Shown piece after piece: positions 29,707 to 40,165 of a stretch of DNA of 64,000 nt. Numbering within the stretch: position 1 is the stretch's first letter; each line of letters starts with the position of its first letter. Under the pieces are notes generated by a model, which saw nothing but the letters and a program-made list of their open reading frames with translations, had not been told where the DNA came from and made no database searches. The stretch lies in the NCBI GenBank assembly GCA_965224085.1, contig CBDCYI010000005.1, forward strand, positions 352,001-416,000. Direction: 5' to 3'. The DNA is from Candidatus Marinacidobacterales bacterium (GTDB taxonomy: Bacteria; Acidobacteriota; Vicinamibacteria; Marinacidobacterales; SMYC01). Made by a program: the position numbers and the translations under genes.

Positions 29707-32097
29707 ATGAAGAAGTCTTTCTTGGCAGGGGTATACACCCTCACGGCTGCGCTCGCGGCATCTGGCAGCGAGTCACCAGAGTCGGTGGCGGCGCGTGCCG
29801 AGTTCGTTGAAAATTTCTGCTCGACCTGCCACAACGATGCGCTCGAGGTCGGAAATTTCTCGCTGGAGCAGGTCGATCTCGCCCAGCCCGCCCGCCACGC
29901 CGAAGCACTCGAAAAGGTCGTACTGAAGCTGCGTTCCGGAATGATGCCGCCCGAAGGGATGCCCCGACCGGATGCGTCGGAGCTCCATCGTTTCATCACG
30001 GATATCGAGACCGGGATCGACGACGCGGCGAGCGTCCATCCGAATCCGGGCAGGCCGATCCTCCATCGCTTGAATCGCACGGAATACGCCAACGCGATCC
30101 GCGACTTGCTCGCCCTTTCGATCGACACCGAGAAGCTCTTGCCCCCGGATGACATGAGCCAGGGCTACGACAACATGTCCGACGTCTTGACCGTTTCGCC
30201 GACCCTTCTCGAGAGCTACATCCAAGCGGCGGGAAAAATTAGCCGGCTTGCCGTGGGGGATCCGGGCGCGACCCCCATCGTCGAGACCTACCCGATCCCG
30301 CTCAAAGTCTCCCAGCTCCATCACGTCGAAGGAACACCGTTCGGGACACGCGGCGGGCTCGCCGTCACGCATAACTTTCCCACGGACGGAGACTACGTCA
30401 TTCGCTTGAGTCTCTATTTCCGGAGCCTCGGCCCGCTCTTCGGCGACAACAAGCCCGCCGAGGGCGAGCAGCTCGAGGTCGCGTTGAACGGGGAGCGCAT
30501 CGCGATATTCAACATAGACCGGAAGATGAAAGTCTCGGAGATCTTCAAGACGAAACCGACGCCCGTAGAAGCGGGGCCGCAAACGATATCGGCGTCGTTC
30601 ATCCAGCGGGCCGAAGGCCCGGTTCAAGATTTCGTCATGCCGTTCGATCAATCGACCGCGGATCTCACCACCGGCAACGTGCAAGGTTTGACGGGACTTC
30701 CCCACTTGAGAAATATCGGGATCGACGGCCCGTACGACGTCACCGGCGTGAGCGAGACACCGAGCCGCGATAAAATCTTTACGTGCCGCCCCGCCGGAAC
30801 GACCGCTGCGGACGAGCTTGCCTGCGCGCAGGAGATTCTGATGGGTCTCGCGCGGCGCGCTTTTCGCCGGCCCGTGGCGTCTGAAGACATCGCGAATATC
30901 ATGACGCTCTTCGCCTCCGGCCGCGACGGCGCAGATTTCGACGCCGGTATCCGAACGGCGCTTCAAGCCATTCTCGCGGACCCCGAGTTCATCTTTCGTT
31001 TCGAGCGCACACCAGACGACGTCGCTCCGGGAGCGAACTACCCGGTGAGCGAGCTCGAGCTCGCCTCGCGTTTGTCGTTCTTCCTCTGGAGCAGCGGACC
31101 GGATGACGAGCTCATCACGGTGGCGAGCGAGGGCAAGCTGCGCCTGCCCGAGGTCCTCGAAGCACAAACCCTCCGTCTGCTACAGGACCGGCGCGCCTCC
31201 ACGCTCGCGACGAGCTTCGCCTCGCACTGGCTCCATCTTCAAAACCTGGAGGAAATCCAGCCGGACATCTTTCTCTATCCGGACTGGGACTACAACCTGA
31301 CGAAATCCATGCGGCAGGAGACGCTGCTGTTCTTCCACAGCATCGTGCGCGAAGACCGAAGCATCCTCGACCTTTTAACCGCCGACTACACCTTCGTCGA
31401 CCAGCGTCTCGCGCATCACTATGAAGTGTCGAGCGCGCTCGGGAATCGATTTCGCCGGGTCGCCGTCGAAGACGAAACCCGCCGGGGGCTCCTCGGCCAT
31501 GCCAGCATCCTGACGCTCACGTCGCTCTCGAACCGGACGTCGCCCGTCATTCGCGGCGCTTGGATCATGGCCGTCTTGCTCGGCACGCCCCCTCCGAAGC
31601 CGCCAGCCAACGTCCCGCCGCTCAAAGAGAATGAGCACGGCGGACACGTGCTCTCGGTCCGTGAGCGCCTCGAGGCGCATCGGAAGAATCCCGCATGCGC
31701 CGCATGCCACAACATAATGGATCCGATCGGCTACTCGCTCGAGAATTTCGATCCAGTCGGGGCGTGGCGCACCAAAGATAGCGGCTTCGACATCGATCCG
31801 TCCGGGACCTATTTCGACGGCACCGTCGTCGCTGGGCCGGCCGATTTGCGAAAGTTTCTCCTGGAGCGCGAGACGCTCTTTCGGCGGAATTTCACGCGGC
31901 ACCTCTTGATGTACGCGATGGGCCGCGTCATTCAGCACTACGACATGCCGGCCGTGCGCGCCGTTGCTAAAGAGGCGAACGCGCACGGTGACCGGTTCTC
32001 GTCGTACGTTCTCGGCATCGTCCGAAGCACCCCGTTCCAGATGCGACGAATGGTAGAGCCCCGCGCCGCGACCGACGCTGCCGAGTTCCAGCAATAA
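29707..32097 (+). CDS. DUF1592 domain protein (cytochrome c plus DUF1587/1595/1592/1588/1585)
   Basis: CSTCH and CAACH, RLNRTEYANAIRDLL, ELASRLSFFLWSS, RTSPVIRG. Confidence 0.92.
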   Translation: MKKSFLAGVYTLTAALAASGSESPESVAARAEFVENFCSTCHNDALEVGNFSLEQVDLAQPARHAEALEKVVLKLRSGMMPPEGMPRPDASELHRFITDIETGIDDAASVHPNPGRPILHRLNRTEYANAIRDLLALSIDTEKLLPPDDMSQGYDNMSDVLTVSPTLLESYIQAAGKISRLAVGDPGATPIVETYPIPLKVSQLHHVEGTPFGTRGGLAVTHNFPTDGDYVIRLSLYFRSLGPLFGDNKPAEGEQLEVALNGERIAIFNIDRKMKVSEIFKTKPTPVEAGPQTISASFIQRAEGPVQDFVMPFDQSTADLTTGNVQGLTGLPHLRNIGIDGPYDVTGVSETPSRDKIFTCRPAGTTAADELACAQEILMGLARRAFRRPVASEDIANIMTLFASGRDGADFDAGIRTALQAILADPEFIFRFERTPDDVAPGANYPVSELELASRLSFFLWSSGPDDELITVASEGKLRLPEVLEAQTLRLLQDRRASTLATSFASHWLHLQNLEEIQPDIFLYPDWDYNLTKSMRQETLLFFHSIVREDRSILDLLTADYTFVDQRLAHHYEVSSALGNRFRRVAVEDETRRGLLGHASILTLTSLSNRTSPVIRGAWIMAVLLGTPPPKPPANVPPLKENEHGGHVLSVRERLEAHRKNPACAACHNIMDPIGYSLENFDPVGAWRTKDSGFDIDPSGTYFDGTVVAGPADLRKFLLERETLFRRNFTRHLLMYAMGRVIQHYDMPAVRAVAKEANAHGDRFSSYVLGIVRSTPFQMRRMVEPRAATDAAEFQQ

Positions 32098-32112
32098 AGT
32101 AGAGGCCAAACG

Positions 32113-33486
32113 ATGTTTATTACCAAGAAGCACATTTCGAGGCGCGCGGCCCTTCGCGGCCTCGGCGCTACGATGACGCTGCCTTTTCTCGACGCGATGG
32201 TGCCCGCGCTCGCGGCCACGCGCAATAGCGCGGCCAATCCGCGCACGCGCTTCGTAGCACTCGAGATGGTGCACGGCTCTGCAGGCAGCACGGGGGATGG
32301 GACGCGCAAGCACTACTGGTCGCCCGCCACAGTGGGCCGCCATTTCGAGACGACGCCCATCTTGCGCGCGCTCGCACCGCATCAGGACCACATTACGATC
32401 GTGAGCCACACGGATATCGCGCCGGCCACTGCCCAGATCGAGGCCGAGGCCGGCGCCGACCATACACGCTCGTCCGCCGCGTGGCTGACCTGCGCCCACG
32501 CCAAGATGACCGAAGGCGCCGACATCCACAACGGCATCTCGATGGACCAGCTCTATGCGCAGCAATTCGGCCAGGACACGCCGCTGCCGTCGATCCAGGT
32601 CTGCGTCGAGGACGTCGGCTCGCTCACCGGCGCTTGCGGCTACGGCTATAGCTGCGTTTACGCGAACACGGTCTCTTGGGCGTCGCCGACGACGCCGCTC
32701 CCGATGGAGCGCGATCCGCGCGTCGTCTTCGAGCGGCTTTTCGGCGACGGCGCTACGCCGGAAGAGCGGGTCAAGCGGCGCCAGACCAAAGCCAGCATCC
32801 TCGATGGAATTCTCGACAAAGTGAACAAGCTCGAACGCGGCCTCGACGCCGCCGACCGTGCTCGGCTCGAGGACTACCTCGAAGACGTGCGCGAGATCGA
32901 GCGCCGCATCGAGAGGGCCGAGACGCACAATGCCGTCAAGTCAACGACGGCGCTAGGGGCGAGCCCCATCGGCGTGCCGGATACGTGGGCGGAGCACGTC
33001 AAGCTGATGTTCGACCTCCAAATCCTTGCATTCCGAACCGACGCGACGCGGGTCTCCGCATTCAAGATGAGCCGCGACGTGAGCTCGCGTGTTTTCGCCG
33101 GAAGCGACGTGAAGACGCCGTTTCATTCTCTCTCGCACCACATGGACAAGCCGGACAAGCTCGCTGAATTCGCGCGGCTCAATGAGTTCCATGTGAATCA
33201 CGTCGCTGATTTCATCGACAAGATGAAGAACACACCGGACGGCGACGGCAGCTTGCTCGACCATTCGATGGTGCTCTATGGAAGCCCGATGGGCGATGGC
33301 AGCGTGCACAACCATTTGCGCGTCCCGCTCTTCATCGCGGGCCATGCCAATGACACGCTCGAGGGAAATCTTCACGTTCTCTGCGAGGACGGCACTCCCA
33401 TGGCGAATGTGCTCCTAACGCTTCTTCACAAGCTCGGAGTCGAGGTCGATCGCTTCGGCGACAGCAACGGCACGGTGGCGATTTGA
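32113..33486 (+). CDS. DUF1552 (HxxSHH) domain protein, Tat-type leader
   Basis: SRRAALRGLG leader, FHSLSHH, GSLLDHS. Usual partner of DUF1592. Confidence 0.92.
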   Translation: MFITKKHISRRAALRGLGATMTLPFLDAMVPALAATRNSAANPRTRFVALEMVHGSAGSTGDGTRKHYWSPATVGRHFETTPILRALAPHQDHITIVSHTDIAPATAQIEAEAGADHTRSSAAWLTCAHAKMTEGADIHNGISMDQLYAQQFGQDTPLPSIQVCVEDVGSLTGACGYGYSCVYANTVSWASPTTPLPMERDPRVVFERLFGDGATPEERVKRRQTKASILDGILDKVNKLERGLDAADRARLEDYLEDVREIERRIERAETHNAVKSTTALGASPIGVPDTWAEHVKLMFDLQILAFRTDATRVSAFKMSRDVSSRVFAGSDVKTPFHSLSHHMDKPDKLAEFARLNEFHVNHVADFIDKMKNTPDGDGSLLDHSMVLYGSPMGDGSVHNHLRVPLFIAGHANDTLEGNLHVLCEDGTPMANVLLTLLHKLGVEVDRFGDSNGTVAI

Positions 33487-33503
33487 TCGGAAAGGGACGA
33501 AAA

Positions 33504-35069
33504 ATGCTGGGCGGGGAGCTCCTGAGCGTATCGATTCTGATGGCGATGGCGATGCTGGCATCCGCCGACGATACGGATACGTCCACGCGGCTCGCGGAGG
33601 AAGCCAAGAGCGGCCGTGTCGTGAACGTACATGCGCTCTTGCACGAATATGTCGACGTGAACGCCGCTCAGGGTGACGGGATGACCGCGCTCCACTGGGC
33701 CGCCTATAACGACGACGTCGAGATGGCGGAGCTTCTTCTCGGTGCGGATGCGAACTTCGAGGCACGCACGCGCGTGGGCGGCATTACGCCTCTCTTGCTC
33801 GCGAGTAAGAACGGAAGTGCTTCGATGCTCGAAGCGCTACTCGAAGCGGGCGCTAACGCCAACCACGCGAGCGAGACCGGCGCGTCGGCGCTGATGAGTG
33901 CCGCATTGACGGGGAACGTCGGGGCGGTCCAGGTGCTGCTCGATCACGAAGCGGACGTCAATGCCCGTGAGCGCGCCCATGGACAGACGCCGTTGATGTT
34001 TGCCGCGTGGGAGAACCGGCCGAAAATCATCCGAAGGCTCATCGCTCATGGCGCGCATCCAGAGCTCGCCTCGACGGTGCTGCCGCTCAACGAGCAGCAT
34101 TATGACGATAACGGCATGCCCCGCAAGCGCCGCGGCAGTCAGCAATCTGGCGGCAATTCTGCCATGGGCGGAATGACAGCGCTCTTGTTCGCCGCGCGCG
34201 ACGGCCACATGGAAGCCGTCGCGGCCCTTCTCGACGCCGGCGCCGACATCAACCGCGTGAGCGGCGGCGACGCGTCGAGTCCCATCGTTATCGCCATTGC
34301 GAATGGACACTACACGCTCGGGCAATATTTTCTCGACCGCGGCGCCGACCCGAACGTGGCGAATTTGGACGGGGTCGCGCCGCTCTACGCCACCGTCAAC
34401 ATGCGTTACGCCCCGGTCTCCTGGGCGCCCAATCCGCGGATCGACCAAGAGGTCGTCGATTCTCTCGAGTTGATGCAAGCGCTCCTCGAGGCGGGGGCGG
34501 ACCCGAACGCCCAGATCGCGCGCAAGCTCTGGTTCAGCCCAACCTCGCACGATCGCGGATGGATCGACCAAGCGGGCGCGACGCCGTTTTGGCGCGCGGC
34601 GATGTCGACCGACGTCGAAGCGATGAAAGTGCTCGTGGCCGCGGGCGCCGATCCGAGCTTGAAAACGGACGGAGGCGCGACGGCGCTCATGGTCGCGTCC
34701 GGCCTAGGCTGGATCGGCAATTTCAGCCAGAACCCGCCCGATTCGTGGGTGGAGGCTGTCGAATATTGTCTGAATCTCGAAAACGACATCAACGCCGTCG
34801 ACAAAGACGGCTTCACGGCCCTACACGGCGCCGCATCTCGCGGTGATAACGAGACCGTCCAGCTCCTCGTCGACCGGGGCGCACGGGTCGATATCGTCAA
34901 CGAGGACGGCAACTCGCCGGCGGATATGGCCTTCGGCCCGTCGCGCTTTTTCATCCCCAAGCCGGAGACGGTGGACCTGCTCATAGCACTCGGCGCGCCG
35001 TTTTTGGACAATTGCCGCTCGGACCAGTGCGTCGACGGGAAGTTCCTCGGGGGCGCGGTCGCCAAATAG
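33504..35069 (+). CDS. Ankyrin-repeat protein, probably exported
   Basis: Many GxTALHxAA/GADxN repeats and a hydrophobic leader. Start uncertain. Confidence 0.9.
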   Translation: MLGGELLSVSILMAMAMLASADDTDTSTRLAEEAKSGRVVNVHALLHEYVDVNAAQGDGMTALHWAAYNDDVEMAELLLGADANFEARTRVGGITPLLLASKNGSASMLEALLEAGANANHASETGASALMSAALTGNVGAVQVLLDHEADVNARERAHGQTPLMFAAWENRPKIIRRLIAHGAHPELASTVLPLNEQHYDDNGMPRKRRGSQQSGGNSAMGGMTALLFAARDGHMEAVAALLDAGADINRVSGGDASSPIVIAIANGHYTLGQYFLDRGADPNVANLDGVAPLYATVNMRYAPVSWAPNPRIDQEVVDSLELMQALLEAGADPNAQIARKLWFSPTSHDRGWIDQAGATPFWRAAMSTDVEAMKVLVAAGADPSLKTDGGATALMVASGLGWIGNFSQNPPDSWVEAVEYCLNLENDINAVDKDGFTALHGAASRGDNETVQLLVDRGARVDIVNEDGNSPADMAFGPSRFFIPKPETVDLLIALGAPFLDNCRSDQCVDGKFLGGAVAK

Positions 35070-35265
35070 TCTCGAATCCCGCCCCAAACCCTTCCGAAGG
35101 CAATCGGAACCCTTTCCTAACCGCGGTCTAGCGTTAAGCTCGAGACTCCGTCCAGCGCACGACCGAAGTCACGCGCGTCTTGGCGCGCCTCGTTTGCTCA
35201 AGGGGGCTAATTTATCTATCCTTGCGACCCACATGATGAGCACGGCCAAGAAAAGGAGTAGGTCC

Positions 35266-36171
35266 ATGAAGCATTGGAGTATCGTTTTTCTCCTGGCGTC
35301 GTTGTGCTGTCAGCCTGCTGAAGAATCGGCGCCGACCCCGGCCGTCGAATTGGTGGGCTTTGCCAACCCGGACCTTCTCATCGAGACCGATTGGCTAGCA
35401 GAGCACACGGGTGATACGAGAGTCCGAATCGTGGACGCGCGGGCGGCCGAAGCCTACGAAGCGGGCCATATCCCGGGCGCCATCCACATCGCACGCGAAG
35501 ACACCTACGATCCCGACGCCGAGATCCGCGCCACCGTTGGTCCTCCCGAGCAGATCGCGTCTCTGTTCGGCGCCAAGGGCATCGACGAGTATGCACACGT
35601 CGTCGTGTACGACAAGGGCGTCGCAACCAGAGCAGCACGGATCTTCTGGACGCTCGAATATTACGGCCACCCCAACGTCTCGGTTCTGAACGGCGGCTTC
35701 GACAAGTGGCAGGCGGAAGCGCGCGACGTCACGACTGAAGTTCGAGAAGTCGCGCCCGTAACGCTCACGGTTCAGAGGAACGCGAGCGCGCTGACGACCA
35801 GGGATCGGATCCTCGGAGATCTCGACGCGACCGACGCCGTCATCTTGGACGTCCGAACGTCGGAGGAGTTCTCCGGCGAGGATGCGCGCGCCGAGAGGGG
35901 CGGCCACATTCCGGGTGCCGTTCACCTCGAGTGGACCGAGAACTACACGTCGGGCGAAGCGCCGATTCTCAAATCCGCGCTGGAGCTATCGAACATGTAC
36001 GAGCAGGCAGGCGTTACGAAGGACAAACGCGTCCATGCTTACTGACAGGGCGGAGGCCGGTCGTCGGTGACGTACCTCGTGCTTCGACTGTTGGGCTTTG
36101 AAGAGCCTTTGAACTATGACGCGTCCTGGCTGGAGTGGGGCAACGATCCGGATACACCGATAGAGAAGTAG
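35266..36171 (+). CDS. Tandem-domain sulfurtransferase (rhodanese), predicted selenoprotein with UGA at 36043-36045
   Basis: AAGGAG RBS and two GHIPGA motifs. The catalytic loop reads HAY-UGA-QGGGRS and continues in frame to [10 protein letters not shown]...IEK-TAG, the rhodanese C-terminal signature. Confidence 0.85.
36046..36080 (+). promoter_or_regulatory. Candidate bacterial SECIS hairpin
   Basis: Directly 3' of the UGA: GAGG/CCTC lower stem, GTCG/TGAC upper stem, TCGG loop. Folded by eye only. Confidence 0.4.
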
Positions 36172-36197
36172 GTCGCGTCAACAAGCCAAACGAGTGC

Positions 36198-36737
36198 TCA
36201 TCGCCCTAGGGCCATCCCCCCGAGCCCAAAGAAAGCGGCGAGCCAGAAAGCGACGAACAAATACGCGACGAAACCCACGAGGCAAACGACAACCGCTTTC
36301 CCCGTCGATTTGTAGTCGAGCGCTTGCCGAACGGCAACAACCGTCGCCACCAGCTGCCAGATCCATACGACGAAGCGCACCAGCCAGCCCAAGAGCGGGA
36401 CGATGCCAAGAATGTTCAAAATACCCGGTGAGGCGGCGAAGCCTATGGTTCGAAGAAGCTGCCCGAAGTCAGCTTTGGTCGATGGCTCCGGCAGGAGCTT
36501 CGTCCCGACGACGAAAATAATGCCTGCCCAAACGACCCAGCCGACGCCCGCAGCAATGAGCCCACCGACGAGACCCCTAGAGCCGCCGAAACCCGCGGAG
36601 CCAATCCCGGATGCGATGACCGACAGCGCGACGACGGCCATCGCTTGCGGTAGCGCGTTCTCATCGTGCTCAACTTCTTCATAAGTCTTGACGTTCAGCG
36701 TCGCGGCGCCGATCATCCTCTCTGTAAAGCTCGCCAT
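36198..36737 (-). CDS. YIP1 family membrane protein
   Basis: RMIGAATL..TYEEVEHD N-terminus, five hydrophobic segments, AVRQALDY. Confidence 0.85.
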   Translation of the reverse strand: MASFTERMIGAATLNVKTYEEVEHDENALPQAMAVVALSVIASGIGSAGFGGSRGLVGGLIAAGVGWVVWAGIIFVVGTKLLPEPSTKADFGQLLRTIGFAASPGILNILGIVPLLGWLVRFVVWIWQLVATVVAVRQALDYKSTGKAVVVCLVGFVAYLFVAFWLAAFFGLGGMALGR

Positions 36738-36842
36738 CGTACTCCCTCTCCTTCTCGACTAAAAGAGATATCCTCTTGAACTGGATTTGTGAGACGAGGG
36801 AGCGCGCCAGGGCCGTCTGACCCCACTAATAGGCAGGGATAC

Positions 36843-36877
36843 CCGTGACATTTTGTCACGGACGCTGTCACGGACGC
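36843..36877. repeat. Palindrome CCGTGACA-TTT-TGTCACGG overlapping a 12-bp tandem repeat (TGTCACGGACGC x2)
   Basis: Read directly from the sequence. Spans the kinase stop codon. Confidence 0.7.
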
Positions 36878-39298
36878 TGTCCCGTCACGTAAATCCGTTG
36901 GCGCGGTTTCACCTCTATGACTTGCTCGTGCCGCCCTCCATTGGGCCACTCGAAAACGAAGACGTGACGGCCGGCCGCAATAGCGAGACCGGCGATCGGA
37001 GGTGGCTCCGAAGAAATCCCGTTGATGCGCAAGGTGCATCGTTCGGGAAAGGCGCGGATCGAAGCGCTACCGAGCTCCGGTGCGTAGAGCCTCGTCGTCT
37101 GGCCTTGTTCGATCACGACCTCGAACTTCTAATTCAAGAAGACGTCCGGAGCCAAAAGCGTGACTTCGTGACGTCCAGGGCTGAAGGTCGCGACCGGATT
37201 GCGCGTCACTGCCGTAGGTGGCCCGTCGACGGAGCCGATCGAGACTGGGTACGGGCTTCGCGCCAAGAGCGTGCCCGAGATCGGGGCCTCCTCTTCTTCG
37301 GGTGCTGGCGGAGATGGTGGCGCTCCGCTCTCAGCGGGCGCTGCGACCGCGACCTCGCTTTCCGGTGCATCGCTCGCGATCTCTTCCTCCCCAATCTCAA
37401 TGGCCGCGTTGGCTTCCTCGGGCGGAGCCGATACCGGTTCCTCGGACGGGCTCGATGCGTCCTCCTCTTCGATGACGGCGACGGGTGCGCTTGTCTCGTC
37501 TTGTTTTGGCTCGGGCGGCGCCGATACTGATTCCTCGGGGGGGATCGGTGCTTTCAGCTCCTCGGCCACGGTGACGGCCGCATTGGGCTCCTCTTCATCT
37601 GGCTCGGGCGGCGCCGGCTGGCTCGGTATTCCCTCTTCGTCCGTTTCCGGCGGTGCCGAGCTCGCTTCGATCACCTGCTCTGGGATCTCCGGGACGGAAG
37701 CCGTCTCGGCAGAAGCGGCGCCCGGGGAGCCGGAGAGGACCTCTACCGTCGAAACGTCCGGACTGATTGCGCCAGCGGGCAGATAGGCCCGTCCGAGAAG
37801 TGCGGCCCCGATCAGTGCAAGCAAGACGATCGCCACCGCCGCGAGCCTTTTCGATCTCCCTCGTTTTGCAGGAGCGCTTTCGGCGTCGCCCCTGACGGTC
37901 GCGGTCATCGCCTCGCTCGACCCACCGGTCACCGCCACGGTACCTTGCGAGAGCGGAACGGAGCCGACCCTGTCCGAGCTCTCGGGCTCGGCTACGAGAA
38001 ACATTTTCAGCTCGTCCGCAATCTCGGCAGAGTGACGGGACTCTTCTTCCGGAGAGCGCCGGCGGTCTGTCTCCGCCCGGCCCAGCTCGCGGTGAGCCTC
38101 GCGTCGGATGCGCGCCGGAAGGACCAAATCGGGCCGGGCCGCCGACAATTTTTCGGCGAGCGGAAGGACTCGCATCCACTCTCCTTTTCGCTTCAGCTCC
38201 TCGAGACTCGCAAGCTCTCTTTGAAACGCGCGCTTCGGCCGCGGATAACTCTTGCGCACGACTTCGAGGACGGCGTCGAGCTCCCGACTCATCTCCCTGG
38301 CACTCACAAAGCGATCGGGTGTCTTTTTGGCGAGAGCGCGCGCCAGGATGTCCTGGACTTGCTCCGGAAGCTCGGGACGAGAGTCGAGAATCGGCGGCGG
38401 CTCCTCCCACACGATTTTGTAGAGCACGGCGCTCGCTTCGTCTCCGCTAAAGGGAACGCGGCGCGTCAGCATTTCGTACAAGATGCAGCCTGCGGAGAAG
38501 ACGTCCGTGCGGCCATCCAGGGGTTGTCCTTGCACCTGCTCCGGCGACATGTAATGCATCGTTCCCATCAGCACGCCGCTTTGAGTAATCTGAGGAGTGC
38601 CCGCCATTCGGGCAATGCCAAGGTCCATGATCTTCACGAGACCGTTGTCGAGGTAGCGTATGTTGGAAGGTTTCACGTCCCGATGGATGACGTCTCGTTG
38701 GTGCGCGAAGTCGAGTGCCCGGCAAATCTGAGAAACGACATCGAGCGCTTCGGCCAATGGAATCGCGGTGTCTTTTCGGATAACGGAAGTTGAACTAAGC
38801 CGCTCGCGCGGCGGCGGGACCTGCAAGCTCTCCCGAACTGGTGAGCCAAACTGGGGGCATTTTGCCTGCGCCTGAAGGAGGCTTTTCGCCGCAGCCCATC
38901 GCCCTTCCAGGGAATCACGGCGCGCAGGTCGTGTCAAGGGTTTCGCGCGCTTCGCGCGCCGGCTGCGCCGCCCTGGACACGACCTGCGCGCCGTGATGCG
39001 AGTCACTATGGGCGATGGGCGGACGGGTGCCTCCGGCAGGGGCTCCGGACTCCGGGTTTTGCACGGCAAGCCAGCCGCGGTGAACTCACTCGCCTCTAAC
39101 CCGTTTCCCTTGTTTTTCCGGGCCACGGGAGCCAGAAGGGATTAAGGAGGACGGCTTCGCCGTCGTCTTCATTCGTTCGATCTTCGCTCCGGACAACGAG
39201 TCCTGCGTTTCTCGGAACCGCTCTCTCACACATGGCATCATCCCTGTCCCCCGCGGGCGGCGATGGTCGTCGTCTGCTAAATCACTGGAGGAATAATC

Positions 39299-40159
39299 AT
39301 GGGATGCCTTAGCGAAAAAATGCTTGCCGACATGAAACTGAAGGGGTTCGCACGCTCCACGCAGGAGGAGTATCTGCTGCGAGCGCGCCATTTCGCGGCA
39401 CATTACATGCGCTCACCCGCCGAGATGGGCGAGCCGGAGACCCGCGATTATCTGATTCATCTCGTTAACGAGAAGAAGGCCTCTCCGGCCAGCCACCACA
39501 TGTACGTCGCCTCTCTCAAGTTTCTCTACGCAACCACACTCAACCGCCCGGAGGAGGTGGCGAAGATTCCTTGGCCCAAGAAACCTCGCACGTTACCCGA
39601 TATCTTGAGCGGCGAGGAGGTCGATTGTTTGCTTCACTCCGTTAACTCCGTCAAACACCGCGCGATTCTCATGAGCGCCTACGGCGCCGGGCTGCGCGTT
39701 TCCGAGGTGTGCTGTCTGAAGCACTCCGACATCGACTCCAAACGCATGCTCTTGCACATTCGTCACGCCAAGAACTCCAAGGCCCGCTATGTCACGCTCA
39801 GCGAACGTTTGTTGAGCTTCCTGCGCTACTACTGGAAAACCACTCGCCCTCGCGGAGAGTACTTGTTTCCCGGCCGTAATCCTGGTGCCCACATCTCAGA
39901 CGATGGCGTTCGCTGGGCTCTTCGTAAGGCCGTGGCTGAGGCGGGGCTCACCAAACGTATCACTCCTCATTCGCTGCGCCACGGTTTTGCCACACATATG
40001 CTCGAACTGGGTGAAGACATTCGTACCGTGCAGCAACTGCTCGGTCATGCCTCCATCCAGACCACGGCCCGTTACACAAAGGTAACAGCAAAGCACTTGG
40101 GGCGCATCAAGAGCCCTCTCGATTTGCTGGGAACGAAGAAGGGCAAAAAGCTCGGCTAG
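39299..40159 (+). CDS. Tyrosine recombinase/integrase with N-terminal SAM-like domain
   Basis: YGAGLRVSE, HSLRHGFATH, LLGHASIQTTARY. Confidence 0.95.
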   Translation: MGCLSEKMLADMKLKGFARSTQEEYLLRARHFAAHYMRSPAEMGEPETRDYLIHLVNEKKASPASHHMYVASLKFLYATTLNRPEEVAKIPWPKKPRTLPDILSGEEVDCLLHSVNSVKHRAILMSAYGAGLRVSEVCCLKHSDIDSKRMLLHIRHAKNSKARYVTLSERLLSFLRYYWKTTRPRGEYLFPGRNPGAHISDDGVRWALRKAVAEAGLTKRITPHSLRHGFATHMLELGEDIRTVQQLLGHASIQTTARYTKVTAKHLGRIKSPLDLLGTKKGKKLG

Positions 40160-40165
40160 CTCATC

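Noticed and set aside
29773-32928. Long antisense ORFs (464 aa and 517 aa) and similar shadow ORFs elsewhere
   Set aside because: They lie opposite well-supported genes in GC-rich DNA and have no recognisable motifs.
37129-37131. Pyrrolysine or programmed readthrough at the in-frame TAG
   Set aside because: The gene is already broken by an insertion, the position is not catalytic and there are no pyl genes in the window.
38791-39126. N-terminal part of the 665-aa ORF (MARKNKG...) as a real kinase N-terminus
   Set aside because: It is read-through into the element's non-coding leader. The true N-lobe is at 41741-42037.
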